From IMG/VR virus record IMGVR_UViG_3300032331_001791, positions 28,148 through 92,147 of that record: 64,000 nt of DNA; one strand, 5' to 3'. The position numbers and the translations under genes are program-made. Below are positions 1-10,121 of the stretch, one piece after another. Below the pieces are notes generated by a model. The model was not told the origin of the DNA, made no database searches, and was given only the letters and a program-made list of their open reading frames with translations. This stretch comes from a virus. Numbering within the stretch: the stretch's first letter is position 1; every line of letters starts with the position of its first letter.

Positions 1-1766
1 CACAAGCCTATTGTGGTACAAATGTTTATTCTTATGGTAGATTAATTTCTGCTGATTCAAATTCTACTGTTTCTTTGTATGGAACAGGTGCTCACTGTAC
101 AGTTGTTAGAGGTCCTGAAGATTTTTTAAGACAAAAATATATGGCAGCAATTAGTGGGAAAAATGGGTCTGTTGTAAATTTATTTGGTCCAACAGTCATA
201 TCCCAAGCTGGTGTAGATGTTTTAGTAGAAGATAATTCAACTTTAAATATTTCTCCTCCTGTAGATTCAAATACTGGATTGTATGATGTTAGTGGATTTA
301 ATTTATCTACACAAGGAAATCAAACTGCAGTTGAACTTCACTCAACTAGAGCTTGTTTGGTTGCTAATAATAATTCAGTAATTAACATGGAAAATATTGG
401 GGCTAATAATGTTAACTGGAGTAGGGGACCCCTTGGGCAGATTGCCAACAACAACGCTCAAACAGACCTATCTGACTTAACTGGAGAACTTAGTAACTAT
501 ATTGTTTATGGAAAAGTTCACTTCTATCCAAATCCATATGATGCTGGAGCAGTTGCTACTGGTGGCTTTGATGGAATGGCAGATCCAGGAACAAGTCCTC
601 AATTTGCTTTAGATAGTGGAACTCAAACTCTATCATATATAAGCACTTCACCCACAAGAGGAGGAGTTTGTGTAAGAGCACTAGGAAATAGTACTGTTAA
701 TGCTCATAATGTTAATTTCGGTCCAGGACCAAATACAGGACCTCTCGATGGTCTTTATTATGATGCTAGTGGTTCAACTTGTAATCAATTAATGATTTGG
801 AATATTGCGGATGATTCTAAATTAAGAGCATCTTTACTTTCTGTGAGTAGTGTATACGGAGCAGATTCCCCTTACTATGGACCTCCATCAGTATATGTTT
901 CTAGTAATACTTATGGACAAAATGCTACTGGAACAAATGTAACTTATGGGGCTCCCATAGGAACTCCAGATACAGGTTCACTTAGTGTTTTAGACTCTTT
1001 TGGTGCAGGTGGATCTTCTGTTGCCACAGCATGGAAGCCTTTATCTGGAACTACAATAAATAGTCCATTTGATTATTTCTTCCCGATAAAACTTTTACAG
1101 GCTTCCTCACTTTCAGCACTAGATTCTACATTAAATAAATCTGTATTAGCATCATCTTTAACAAATAATGCTGGAATTGCAATCTCTGGAATAACCGTTA
1201 CAGGAATTCAATATGGAACAAGTTCTACAACACATTATAAAAATAATGGAATGTTTAGAATTTACTTCTCACCAAATCCTGCTTGTAAGTATTTACAACA
1301 TGATATAAGTGGTTATGCTTATGGCCCTAAGTACTGGAACTTGAGTGGATCTCCAACTAATTCCTTCTCAGGAACAGGCATCATCTATCAAATCTTTGCT
1401 CAGGGATATAATTTATCAGCACCAGTATCAGCAATAAATACTTATGGTGATGTAAGTGCTTATTATCCGCAACTACTAAAATTGAGCAGAGATGCGGATG
1501 GTGATGGAATTCCAGATACTATGCACCCATCAGGGTTCTATTATTGTACAGAATTCTTACCTGATAATCCAACTCAAGTTATTCTAGATGAATCGGCGGC
1601 ATATGTATTTGCAAATGCTAGAAATGCTTCGCTAGGATCTTCTGGAAGACCTAGAAGAGTTTCAATTTATACCGCTGGCTCTACTCCAGCTACTGGAGAG
1701 AGTAATGACGGGGATGTAGTAGGATTTATATCTACTAATGTATTTGATTTAAAGAGAAATAACTAA
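1..1766 (+). CDS. Large virion structural protein (tail fibre/baseplate-like), 5'-truncated
   Basis: Frame is open from nt 3, so the true start lies upstream of the window; G/S/T/N-rich; located in the structural module. Confidence 0.55.
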   Translation, partial: QAYCGTNVYSYGRLISADSNSTVSLYGTGAHCTVVRGPEDFLRQKYMAAISGKNGSVVNLFGPTVISQAGVDVLVEDNSTLNISPPVDSNTGLYDVSGFNLSTQGNQTAVELHSTRACLVANNNSVINMENIGANNVNWSRGPLGQIANNNAQTDLSDLTGELSNYIVYGKVHFYPNPYDAGAVATGGFDGMADPGTSPQFALDSGTQTLSYISTSPTRGGVCVRALGNSTVNAHNVNFGPGPNTGPLDGLYYDASGSTCNQLMIWNIADDSKLRASLLSVSSVYGADSPYYGPPSVYVSSNTYGQNATGTNVTYGAPIGTPDTGSLSVLDSFGAGGSSVATAWKPLSGTTINSPFDYFFPIKLLQASSLSALDSTLNKSVLASSLTNNAGIAISGITVTGIQYGTSSTTHYKNNGMFRIYFSPNPACKYLQHDISGYAYGPKYWNLSGSPTNSFSGTGIIYQIFAQGYNLSAPVSAINTYGDVSAYYPQLLKLSRDADGDGIPDTMHPSGFYYCTEFLPDNPTQVILDESAAYVFANARNASLGSSGRPRRVSIYTAGSTPATGESNDGDVVGFISTNVFDLKRNN

Positions 1767-1768
1767 TT

Positions 1769-4252
1769 ATGGCTAATTATACTTTTGCAGATAGTTCCTA
1801 TAGATTTATAAATCCAATCAGATATTATAAGGCTAATGATCCTTACTATTTTGAAGTGGATAATATTCCAATCAAACAATTGGAAGAAAATTGCTTGTGG
1901 TTAAGAGATCAATTAACTAAAGCTTTAGGGGATAGAGCAAGCGGAGAATCATTAGGAATTAAAAGAAAAGATTTAGATGAGTTAAGACCATATGCAACTG
2001 GTAGTGATAGAACTATCAGAGTTAAACCAGGGAGATTTACAGCTAGAATAAATGATATTGGAAAAAGTCCTTTAGCTTTATATGAAAAACTTGCTGGGGA
2101 TAATCTACAAGATACTGAATTATACAAACTTTTTGGAGCTAATGATTCTGCTGATTCTAGAAATGATGCAGTTTTAGCAGCACTAACAAAACTAAAATCT
2201 AGCACTTCTACAAATGCTCTTTCAATGAATGGTTTAACAGAAAGAGCATTTACTTGGGCAGTTAAAGATACAAGTAAACCATCTGATTTTGCTGGTCTAA
2301 CTTCAGATCTTTTAGAATATACTGGACTAAATGCAAATTCAAATATAGGTCCTTTCATATATGCTCAAGTAATATTACCTTGGGCAATGTCAATAGGAAC
2401 AGGATCAAGTTACTATGGTGTTGCTGCAACTTATGATGAGACAAGTCCTCAAGTTGGCTTTAGTAGACTCCCATTATTGGAAAGTGAATTTATAAAGAGA
2501 TGGAGAGGAGTTGCTAGAACAGCTATTGTGGATGTTCCTGAAGAGTTAACTGTTGATGTTCCAGAGTTTAGTGCAGATGATTTTTATTACATAGATGAGA
2601 ACGGAACTAGAGTAACTTTATCAGCACAAAGTAGAATAGATTTAGTATTTATTTATTCAAAATCAGTTGATACTTCAGCTACTACTGTTTATAAAAATGG
2701 AGCAGTTACACAGATAACGGCCCCAGCACTTGGAATTGTTCGTGGAGCAGGAATAGGACCTAAGTTTCAACAAACTTCTTCTAGAGCAAACCAAACAGGA
2801 TTAGACGGAAATGGTAATCCAATGATAATGGCTAGTGTTGGGGATTCCCAAATGGCTAACAGTGGGTTTACACAATCATTAACAGGAACAGAGCAGACAG
2901 AAACTATGAAGGGATCATTCCCTTCTCCAGATGATTTACTGAACTTATCCCCTTTATTATGTAATGAATTAGAAGAAAACGCTGTTGAGTTAGTAGGGCA
3001 GTCTATTCTTCCTGTGGCTTATGTTTTTGTGAGATCAGTTCCTACAACAATAGCAGGAACAGAGGTTATAGATTCTGATGATGTTATTGATATTAGACCA
3101 TTCTTTAGAACTGCTGAATTAAGTTATAATGAAAGAGCAGGAATTGCTGCTGCTGTTCCTCAACTATCTTTAGCAAATCCTGCTGTTGGAAGAGCAGAAC
3201 TTGACAAAGAACTCTGGAGAGTGACTGGCTATGTTGATACAAGAGTAAATGAACTTTTAAATCAAAATAATAGTAATGGGGCAGTTAGTTTTCTAAATAG
3301 CCCTAGAGTTGCAGCAACTGGATATGTTTTTGGTGGATATAATTATGGTCCTGAAGCTGTTCTATTAAAATTCTATAAAGATAAGTTCGCCTCAAATACG
3401 GATACAAGAGATGATTCAATATCTTATATTAAGAATTTTATTATATCAAAGTATGGATACGGAAATGCATCTTTAACACCGATAGCAATTCCAAATTATC
3501 CAGACTGGGATATTGCTGAATGGTGTAAAATAAATACAACTATGGGATCAAAAGGTCTTTATCCAAATGACAGAATAACTCCAGTAGTATCCCATGAAAC
3601 TGGTTCTGTAGATGAATTTATTAAAGCTGGCTCTTCTAAAGTTGTAAGCCTTCCTGGAGTTGTAGAGTCTTATTCATGGTTATCAAGTGATTCTCAGAAA
3701 AGATTTACAAATACAGAAGTTACTAATAGTGGAGAGCACGGGCAACATAAAGTATCGTTCTACTATGTTTCAAAGAAAATAAAATTTACTCGTCCAGCAT
3801 GGATGCTTGATTATCATGTCGATATAGAACTAGTAAATTCTATGTATTTGACAGATAGAGGAGCAAGTTTAGATAATGGGGCTGGTAATAATTCTGCTGC
3901 ATATACTGGAATGTGGGTTGAAAAAGGTGCGTCTGAATTTACAGTATATGTAGCTTTCTCTGCTAGAGATTATAAAAATTCAACAGGAGCGCAAGCTTCT
4001 TTGCTTCCTGTAAATAATAGAGAAAGCGAAAACTTTGCAAGTTTCTTAGTTTTAGTAAGGGACATATTAACCTCTGAAACAGCAGCAGAAACTGAATGTG
4101 GTGCTGGATTCTTAGGTAATGTTAGAGTTGGAAAATGTACTTATCCAACAATAAAGTGGAAATTAACTGCAATACCTAGAGATGGGGCTGGAGATTTCCA
4201 TTATACAAATTTAAATTCAGAAAATCCAACGATTACTTTACAAGGAGGCTAA
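1769..4252 (+). CDS. Virion structural protein (baseplate/tail-associated, putative)
   Basis: 827 aa; DLLN...LPVAYV...DVIDIRPF-type segment; synteny upstream of PAAR. Confidence 0.5.
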   Translation: MANYTFADSSYRFINPIRYYKANDPYYFEVDNIPIKQLEENCLWLRDQLTKALGDRASGESLGIKRKDLDELRPYATGSDRTIRVKPGRFTARINDIGKSPLALYEKLAGDNLQDTELYKLFGANDSADSRNDAVLAALTKLKSSTSTNALSMNGLTERAFTWAVKDTSKPSDFAGLTSDLLEYTGLNANSNIGPFIYAQVILPWAMSIGTGSSYYGVAATYDETSPQVGFSRLPLLESEFIKRWRGVARTAIVDVPEELTVDVPEFSADDFYYIDENGTRVTLSAQSRIDLVFIYSKSVDTSATTVYKNGAVTQITAPALGIVRGAGIGPKFQQTSSRANQTGLDGNGNPMIMASVGDSQMANSGFTQSLTGTEQTETMKGSFPSPDDLLNLSPLLCNELEENAVELVGQSILPVAYVFVRSVPTTIAGTEVIDSDDVIDIRPFFRTAELSYNERAGIAAAVPQLSLANPAVGRAELDKELWRVTGYVDTRVNELLNQNNSNGAVSFLNSPRVAATGYVFGGYNYGPEAVLLKFYKDKFASNTDTRDDSISYIKNFIISKYGYGNASLTPIAIPNYPDWDIAEWCKINTTMGSKGLYPNDRITPVVSHETGSVDEFIKAGSSKVVSLPGVVESYSWLSSDSQKRFTNTEVTNSGEHGQHKVSFYYVSKKIKFTRPAWMLDYHVDIELVNSMYLTDRGASLDNGAGNNSAAYTGMWVEKGASEFTVYVAFSARDYKNSTGAQASLLPVNNRESENFASFLVLVRDILTSETAAETECGAGFLGNVRVGKCTYPTIKWKLTAIPRDGAGDFHYTNLNSENPTITLQGG

Positions 4253-4258
4253 TAGCCT

Positions 4259-7200
4259 TTGGCAATTAATCCATCGTTTAACTGTGGCTACTTTGCTCCA
4301 GGTGATGGGCAAAGAATAGATCCACCTCCACCTGGAGGAGGGAGAAGACAGCCCCATGTAAGCCATAGGGAAAGAACGGACCCAAGAAGAACTCCAGGGG
4401 GTCCTATAATGCCCAGACCACCTGATGATGATAAGGGTGGAGGTAATCCAGAAAAGTTGTGCGTATATCCTAGTTGGACTTGTAATAGAAGACCTATCAC
4501 TCAACCTTGGGATGATTCTTTTAATTGTACTGTAACTGGTATTAATGGGTTTGTTAGATTATGTAAATGTGCTTATACAGAAAAAACTTGGTGTAGTTAC
4601 AAAGCAATAGAGGGACCATGTGATAATCCCCCTACTCTCGTCCCACCAGTTTATGATGATTTATCAAAGTGTTTCCAGAATTGTAAACCTAATAAAATTT
4701 TTGACTGTGATAGAAATCCAAGAACTTTAGAACCTAATCCAGGCAATCCTACTACTCCAAGTCCTGGTGGACCTTCTACTGGACCAAGCACATTTATTTT
4801 AATTCATGTGTGCAAGAAAAATCCAGGAACTGGTTATATAAATGCAGACTGCCCTCCCCCAGATCCTGGACAAATAGATTTATGTATTCGTTGTAGAAGA
4901 CGAATAATAACTGTAGCTCGTTGTACAACTGAAGCTAGAACTGTAGATTTTGGGGAACAATATCAGTTTGGTCCTGGGGAATATGAATATGATTGGCAAT
5001 GTACTGCTCAATGCAGACCAGAATTCGGACCATTAGAGTGTGAGTGGAGAAGTGTCACTGTTGATCCTAATAATCCAGCAGGTCCTTTTACACCAACTCC
5101 TGGAGGTGGAGGAGGTGGAATAACTCCAACCAATCCAAGTAACCCAGCAGGACCCTTTACACCAACTCCAGGGGGAAGTGGTGGGAGTACAACCCCTACT
5201 AATCCAAGTAATCCAGCGGGAGGCTTGACTGGAACTGGTCCTCAAAGTGGAAGTCCAAGCAGAAGTAGAGAATGTACTATTGATATATGGACTTGTTTAA
5301 GAACTCCAATAGTTCCACCAAAAAGAATTTTTACTGGATGTCCAAGTTATTGTGTATGTACTATTTCAGAAAATACACAATGTGTTCAAAATTATCCTAC
5401 AGGTAGACCAAAAAAATTAACTTGTCTACCTAATGAAACCTGTGATCAATGTAGAAATAGATACACTTTTGCATTAGGAGAATATAAAAGTCCAAGTCAA
5501 TGTCAATCTAATTGTACTACTAGAGTTGAGACTGATTGCGGAAGTGTAATTCCAGATGTAAATGAACCAGGAGGAGGAGCTACTGGAACAGGAGAAGGAA
5601 ATGGTAATGGTGGAGGGGGAATAATTATTCCAGGAGGAGCAGATACTCCAGGAGGTCTTACTTCAAGGCCCCCAAATTCTAATGGAGGAGGAATAATTTC
5701 AGGTAGAGTTATTACTGGACAAAGCAATAATTTCCCAGGGTTTTCTCCAGCTAACCAAAATTCTAATAGAACTAGAGTACCTAATAGAAACACTTATTCA
5801 GGTGGACTATCTGATTTAGAGCCACCATCAGAACCTCAAGTTAGAGTTTATTTTAAATGTGTAAAAACTCCTCCTACTTCACCACAGACAGTACCTTGTG
5901 TAAATCCAAGAACAAAACAAAGAACTTGTCAATGCCCAATACTTTCTAAGGCTTCATGTACCCAAGAAGTAGTCATACAAAATTTAGATGGTACTTTCCC
6001 CCCTCCAACATTACCCTATGATTCTTTCTCAACAGACAGTGACTCTGTTTGTAATGGGTGTGTGGATATAATTGGTGATTGCCCACTTGGGGCTATAACA
6101 GGCCCAACACAATTTGAAGAGCCTAATCAACCTAATAATGGAGGATCAACAGGGGGAACAGTCACACTTCCTGGAGGAACTGCTACTGGAACTGGGACAT
6201 CTTTAGATCCTTTTGGTGAACTAATCATATCAGAAGAGCTAACACAAAACGAAACTTTAGCCATAAACCAAGACTTTGATACTTCAATTTTATTTATGGA
6301 TGCTGCTCCTTTTGATGGAAATATAGTAGCTAATGATAAATATTATTTAGATATTTTTGGGCCTTATGTTCACAGAAGCATTCTTTATATTTTTGAGAAA
6401 GTTACTTCAAATGAGAATTGGGATTCCTTACCTTTATCTGATTTAACTTATGATAACATAGAAAAAAGTTTAAACACAGAATTTTTAGATGCTATAAAAA
6501 ATATTAAAGACTTAGATAATAAAAAAATACCTCATTATTATTTCCTAGATGTAATAAAATCAAAATTAGTAAATGGTGAATTAGATTCTATTGATGCTGC
6601 TCACTTAAAAACATTAGCTAGTCAAGAGCTTTTAGATCTAAGAATTCCAACAAAAACTAATAATGATCAATTAAACATTTTAAAAGCTTTTGCATATTTA
6701 GAACAAAGATTAATTCCATTAGATCCTACTGTTGCTGCTGGGAGAACTAGAAACTCTTCAATAGTTCCTTTATTTAAAACTTTTGCCACTGATTTAGAAA
6801 AAGCTATACCTGTTCGTATAGACGGAATAGATTATAAAGTTTATATTGATGATAATGATACAGTTATTGGAAGAGCAGGATATAAGATAACTGATGGTGA
6901 TTATGTAACCATAGGAACAGGTGCAGTCAGAAAAAGATTATATCTCTCAACAGAAAAAGATCATGCGTATGTCATAACTCCTTTTGATAAATTAGTTGCT
7001 TTAAATTTATTAGGAGGAGACCCAACAACTACACTATCAACTTCTAGTAATTATTCTGGATTAGTAGAATTTACTTATGACCTAAGTACTCCCAGAGAAG
7101 ACTTTTATTTCTTAAAGTTAGTAACTGATACTGTTTCTACTGCAAAGAAAACTCCATATATAGATACCACTATGGCTAGATATGATCTGCAAAAAGCAAG

Positions 7201-8089
7201 TACAGATGCAGATTTTTCAGCTATAAACGAGTATATAAAATTTAAATCTAATCACGAAATTTATCATATTGCATATGATGATGTATTCTTAGATCATATG
7301 CTTAATAGTAGTAGTGTTTATCTTATGCAAGATGATGTTCGTTTTGATGGAAATGCTAGAAAAACAAATAAGTCGGTTCCATTACTTGTTCGTCAAATGC
7401 CTTGGTATATAATATTATTTCCAACAGATAGACAAGATATGAATACTTTCTTAGGTAAATCTAAGATAACTACATTTAGGACTGGAAATAGTGGTATAGT
7501 AGAAAGAAGTTTAGTTTTCTCTTATCCTCTGAATAGAGACTTCTTTAATCCAAGTTTAGATTTACCACAATTTGTAAGTTATAAATTAAGTTTCCCAAAT
7601 GAAAATGTGTATGGTGGATTAGATATACAAAGTAGAGAAATGTTTTTAGATAAGAATAATCCTATATTTAAAACTGGATATAAGGGTGATCAACCAATTC
7701 CAAGAAAGAAATCTGGATTAAGAATTGCTTACGATATAATACAAGAATTAACAAACAATTATATCGTTGATCGAGGAGTAACAACCTTTGATGTTTTCTC
7801 AAGAATGAACTTTGCTCAATTTAATAGTTTTAGTACAAATTTAAGTGAGGGGGTATTTGAACAAATTAAATCTGGAGCATTTGGATCTAGAATGTATAGC
7901 GTAACTAAATATTCAGGTGACCCATTCTTATTTAAAACTGCTTTAGTTCGTAGAAGAGCAAGCGGGGCTGCTACAGATAATTTTAGACAAATTAAATCTA
8001 CAAATACAGGTTATTATGTAGATCCCCCAACACTTACTGAAAAATCAAAATTAATTATATCTAGAAATTCTAGACCGTTGAGGACCTAA
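4259..8089 (+). CDS. Cys/Pro/Gly-rich modular protein, probably virion-associated
   Basis: TTG start with GGAGG upstream; N-terminal half alternates Cys-rich blocks and P/G/T linkers; globular C-terminal half. Confidence 0.5.
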   Translation: MAINPSFNCGYFAPGDGQRIDPPPPGGGRRQPHVSHRERTDPRRTPGGPIMPRPPDDDKGGGNPEKLCVYPSWTCNRRPITQPWDDSFNCTVTGINGFVRLCKCAYTEKTWCSYKAIEGPCDNPPTLVPPVYDDLSKCFQNCKPNKIFDCDRNPRTLEPNPGNPTTPSPGGPSTGPSTFILIHVCKKNPGTGYINADCPPPDPGQIDLCIRCRRRIITVARCTTEARTVDFGEQYQFGPGEYEYDWQCTAQCRPEFGPLECEWRSVTVDPNNPAGPFTPTPGGGGGGITPTNPSNPAGPFTPTPGGSGGSTTPTNPSNPAGGLTGTGPQSGSPSRSRECTIDIWTCLRTPIVPPKRIFTGCPSYCVCTISENTQCVQNYPTGRPKKLTCLPNETCDQCRNRYTFALGEYKSPSQCQSNCTTRVETDCGSVIPDVNEPGGGATGTGEGNGNGGGGIIIPGGADTPGGLTSRPPNSNGGGIISGRVITGQSNNFPGFSPANQNSNRTRVPNRNTYSGGLSDLEPPSEPQVRVYFKCVKTPPTSPQTVPCVNPRTKQRTCQCPILSKASCTQEVVIQNLDGTFPPPTLPYDSFSTDSDSVCNGCVDIIGDCPLGAITGPTQFEEPNQPNNGGSTGGTVTLPGGTATGTGTSLDPFGELIISEELTQNETLAINQDFDTSILFMDAAPFDGNIVANDKYYLDIFGPYVHRSILYIFEKVTSNENWDSLPLSDLTYDNIEKSLNTEFLDAIKNIKDLDNKKIPHYYFLDVIKSKLVNGELDSIDAAHLKTLASQELLDLRIPTKTNNDQLNILKAFAYLEQRLIPLDPTVAAGRTRNSSIVPLFKTFATDLEKAIPVRIDGIDYKVYIDDNDTVIGRAGYKITDGDYVTIGTGAVRKRLYLSTEKDHAYVITPFDKLVALNLLGGDPTTTLSTSSNYSGLVEFTYDLSTPREDFYFLKLVTDTVSTAKKTPYIDTTMARYDLQKASTDADFSAINEYIKFKSNHEIYHIAYDDVFLDHMLNSSSVYLMQDDVRFDGNARKTNKSVPLLVRQMPWYIILFPTDRQDMNTFLGKSKITTFRTGNSGIVERSLVFSYPLNRDFFNPSLDLPQFVSYKLSFPNENVYGGLDIQSREMFLDKNNPIFKTGYKGDQPIPRKKSGLRIAYDIIQELTNNYIVDRGVTTFDVFSRMNFAQFNSFSTNLSEGVFEQIKSGAFGSRMYSVTKYSGDPFLFKTALVRRRASGAATDNFRQIKSTNTGYYVDPPTLTEKSKLIISRNSRPLRT
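5071..5225 (+). repeat. Intragenic tandem repeat encoding NPAGPFTPTPGG...TPTNPS
   Basis: About 2.5 copies visible in both DNA and protein. Confidence 0.85.
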
Positions 8090-8091
8090 TT

Positions 8092-8661
8092 ATGCCAGGA
8101 GCAATGAGAATAAATGACAGTTCTGTTGGTATTGTTGAAGCTTTTTATCCTAGCCCAGCTACTGGAGGTAGTCCTAATGTCAAAATAAATACAAGGTTTG
8201 CTATGAGAGTAAATGACTCATATGAAGACCATATTCATTTACCACCATTAGGAACTGTGCATACGGGTAGAGTTGCAGAAACAGGAAGTAGCACAGTTAG
8301 AATCAATGGATCCCCTGCCCATAGAGAGTTAGACCTAATAGGAGGAGGAAGAAGTTATACTGTCATACGAGAAGATGTACAAGAATTATGTGGTCAACAA
8401 AGACCTGGGTTTATAAGTTGGACTGCGCTTCCAGGTGGACCTTGTTATGTAATTCAAAATGGAACAACAATTATTGATGATGATTGTTGTGCAACCCAAA
8501 TAAATACTTATCAAGATCTTTATTTTGAACCTTGTAATGATATAGCTTTACAAGGTTCAAATAATGTTTTTATTGGGGGAAGTCCCACATCTCCAGGACA
8601 AAGCACTGGATCTGAGTTAATCTCTTCCACTTTATTAAGTACTCAAATAGTAGGAAGTTAA
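8092..8661 (+). CDS. PAAR-repeat spike tip protein (T4 gp5.4-like) with insertion
   Basis: GAMRIND / GSPNVKIN..AMRVND / GSSTVRINGSPAHRELD / GSNNVFIGG repeats; His residues in typical metal-binding positions. Confidence 0.85.
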   Translation: MPGAMRINDSSVGIVEAFYPSPATGGSPNVKINTRFAMRVNDSYEDHIHLPPLGTVHTGRVAETGSSTVRINGSPAHRELDLIGGGRSYTVIREDVQELCGQQRPGFISWTALPGGPCYVIQNGTTIIDDDCCATQINTYQDLYFEPCNDIALQGSNNVFIGGSPTSPGQSTGSELISSTLLSTQIVGS

Positions 8662-8754
8662 TTTTAATTGAACAAAAAAATAAAAAAAATCAATATTTTT
8701 AATTGATCACCTACATATTTTTAGAGTTTAAAAAACTTTATTTGGAGAAAATTT

Positions 8755-9276
8755 ATGAACCATATTAAACTTAATGACGATTATCGTCGTATGTTGTTAG
8801 AATCAGCCTCATGGGGTAAGGTTGGTGTTGATGTTGTACCCCAAGAACAAGAGCAAGATCAAGTTGAAGAAGAAGGTGAAGAGCAGGAGATTTCTGAAGA
8901 GGCTGATGTTCATGTTTGCCCTCTTTGTGTTTCTCCTCTAGAAGAAGAGCTTGATCGTGATAGAATCCTAGAGCACCTAGAAATAGTTGCTAATATTCTA
9001 GACCGTCTTGAACAAATCAATGAAAGCGAAGAGGCTGATTTAGAAGAAATCATTTCTCAAGCTGTTGATGAAGTTCTACTTGAAAATGAAGTAGAAGAAG
9101 AAGGCGAAGAGGAATATATCGCTGAAGAAGAAACCGAAGAAGAAGAAACCGAAGAAGAAGAGGTTGTCGAAGAGGCTTACGGCAAAAAAGGAAAAATGCC
9201 TAAAGGACTAATGCCTAAGGGTAAGATGCCAAAAGGTAAGATGCCAAAAGGTAAGATGCCAAAAGGATCTTGCTGA
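8755..9276 (+). CDS. Acidic prohead core-like protein with CPLC motif and KGKMP repeats
   Basis: Glu-rich; upstream of gp21; GGAG SD. Confidence 0.5.
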   Translation: MNHIKLNDDYRRMLLESASWGKVGVDVVPQEQEQDQVEEEGEEQEISEEADVHVCPLCVSPLEEELDRDRILEHLEIVANILDRLEQINESEEADLEEIISQAVDEVLLENEVEEEGEEEYIAEEETEEEETEEEEVVEEAYGKKGKMPKGLMPKGKMPKGKMPKGKMPKGSC

Positions 9277-9287
9277 TTTAAAAATTT

Positions 9288-9722
9288 ATGAACTCCCTTC
9301 GTGATATGGGACTCACCATGGGTGAGTATGCTGAAAAGCTTATAAATGAAGGGCTGGTGGCTCCGTCTAAAACTACGGCTGCACCAGCCCCAAAAGCCGA
9401 AGAGCCTAATTACAAGCAGTTAGATATTTCTAAAACTAAAGTTCCTGATTCATTTATGAAACAGTTGCTTGGTGAAAGTTATGTATCTAAACAGCCAAAT
9501 AAAGTTCATAAGAAGATTGTTAAGGAAGAGACTAAACCCCAACAACATTTTATAAATGAAGAAAAAGTTGATGAGTTAATATCTCTATTAAGAGATGTTA
9601 AAAGTTTATTAATGGAAATGACAACTGTTGGTAATATAGGCACTAACTTAGCTGGCCCTGTTCAAAAACCTAAAACTAAAAAAGATGCTTTTAAAACAGC
9701 TCTTAGAAAAATTAGAAAATGA
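9288..9722 (+). CDS. Hypothetical head-module protein
   Basis: ORF in the head operon with xxE motifs (INE, LME). Confidence 0.5.
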   Translation: MNSLRDMGLTMGEYAEKLINEGLVAPSKTTAAPAPKAEEPNYKQLDISKTKVPDSFMKQLLGESYVSKQPNKVHKKIVKEETKPQQHFINEEKVDELISLLRDVKSLLMEMTTVGNIGTNLAGPVQKPKTKKDAFKTALRKIRK

Positions 9723-10120
9723 ATTTAGTCAACATACTTGATCTATTAATTGAAAAAAAGCAAAGAAAAGAAAAGGAATTTGGAAAGGGAAAGAATGTTT
9801 CTAACCCTATCAAAAGCAGAGCTAAAACATATCCTTCAATTTCTAAAGCTTTAGGAGTTGCAAATTATGGGGACATATTTACTACTACCGCTGCAAATAG
9901 ATTGTATGTTGTAACTAAAGGAAAATGGGGAGCAAAGAGTGGAAAGGGGAAGGTAGCTAAAGGATTTACTCCTGGAAGCTCCACCCCTTCCGCTGATTTC
10001 CCTTCTATAAAAAAACACGCAGTTAGAACACGACTCAGATATAATCCATCTAACGCATCAAAAACATTGGCTAAAAAATATGGTAGCCGAAATCTCAAGA
10101 AAAAGTTTGGAGTAAAGTAA
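9719..10120 (+). CDS. Basic hypothetical protein (putative internal head protein)
   Basis: Lys-rich; N-terminal ..LLIE motif; ATGA overlap. Confidence 0.5.
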   Translation: MNLVNILDLLIEKKQRKEKEFGKGKNVSNPIKSRAKTYPSISKALGVANYGDIFTTTAANRLYVVTKGKWGAKSGKGKVAKGFTPGSSTPSADFPSIKKHAVRTRLRYNPSNASKTLAKKYGSRNLKKKFGVK

Positions 10121-10121
10121 A

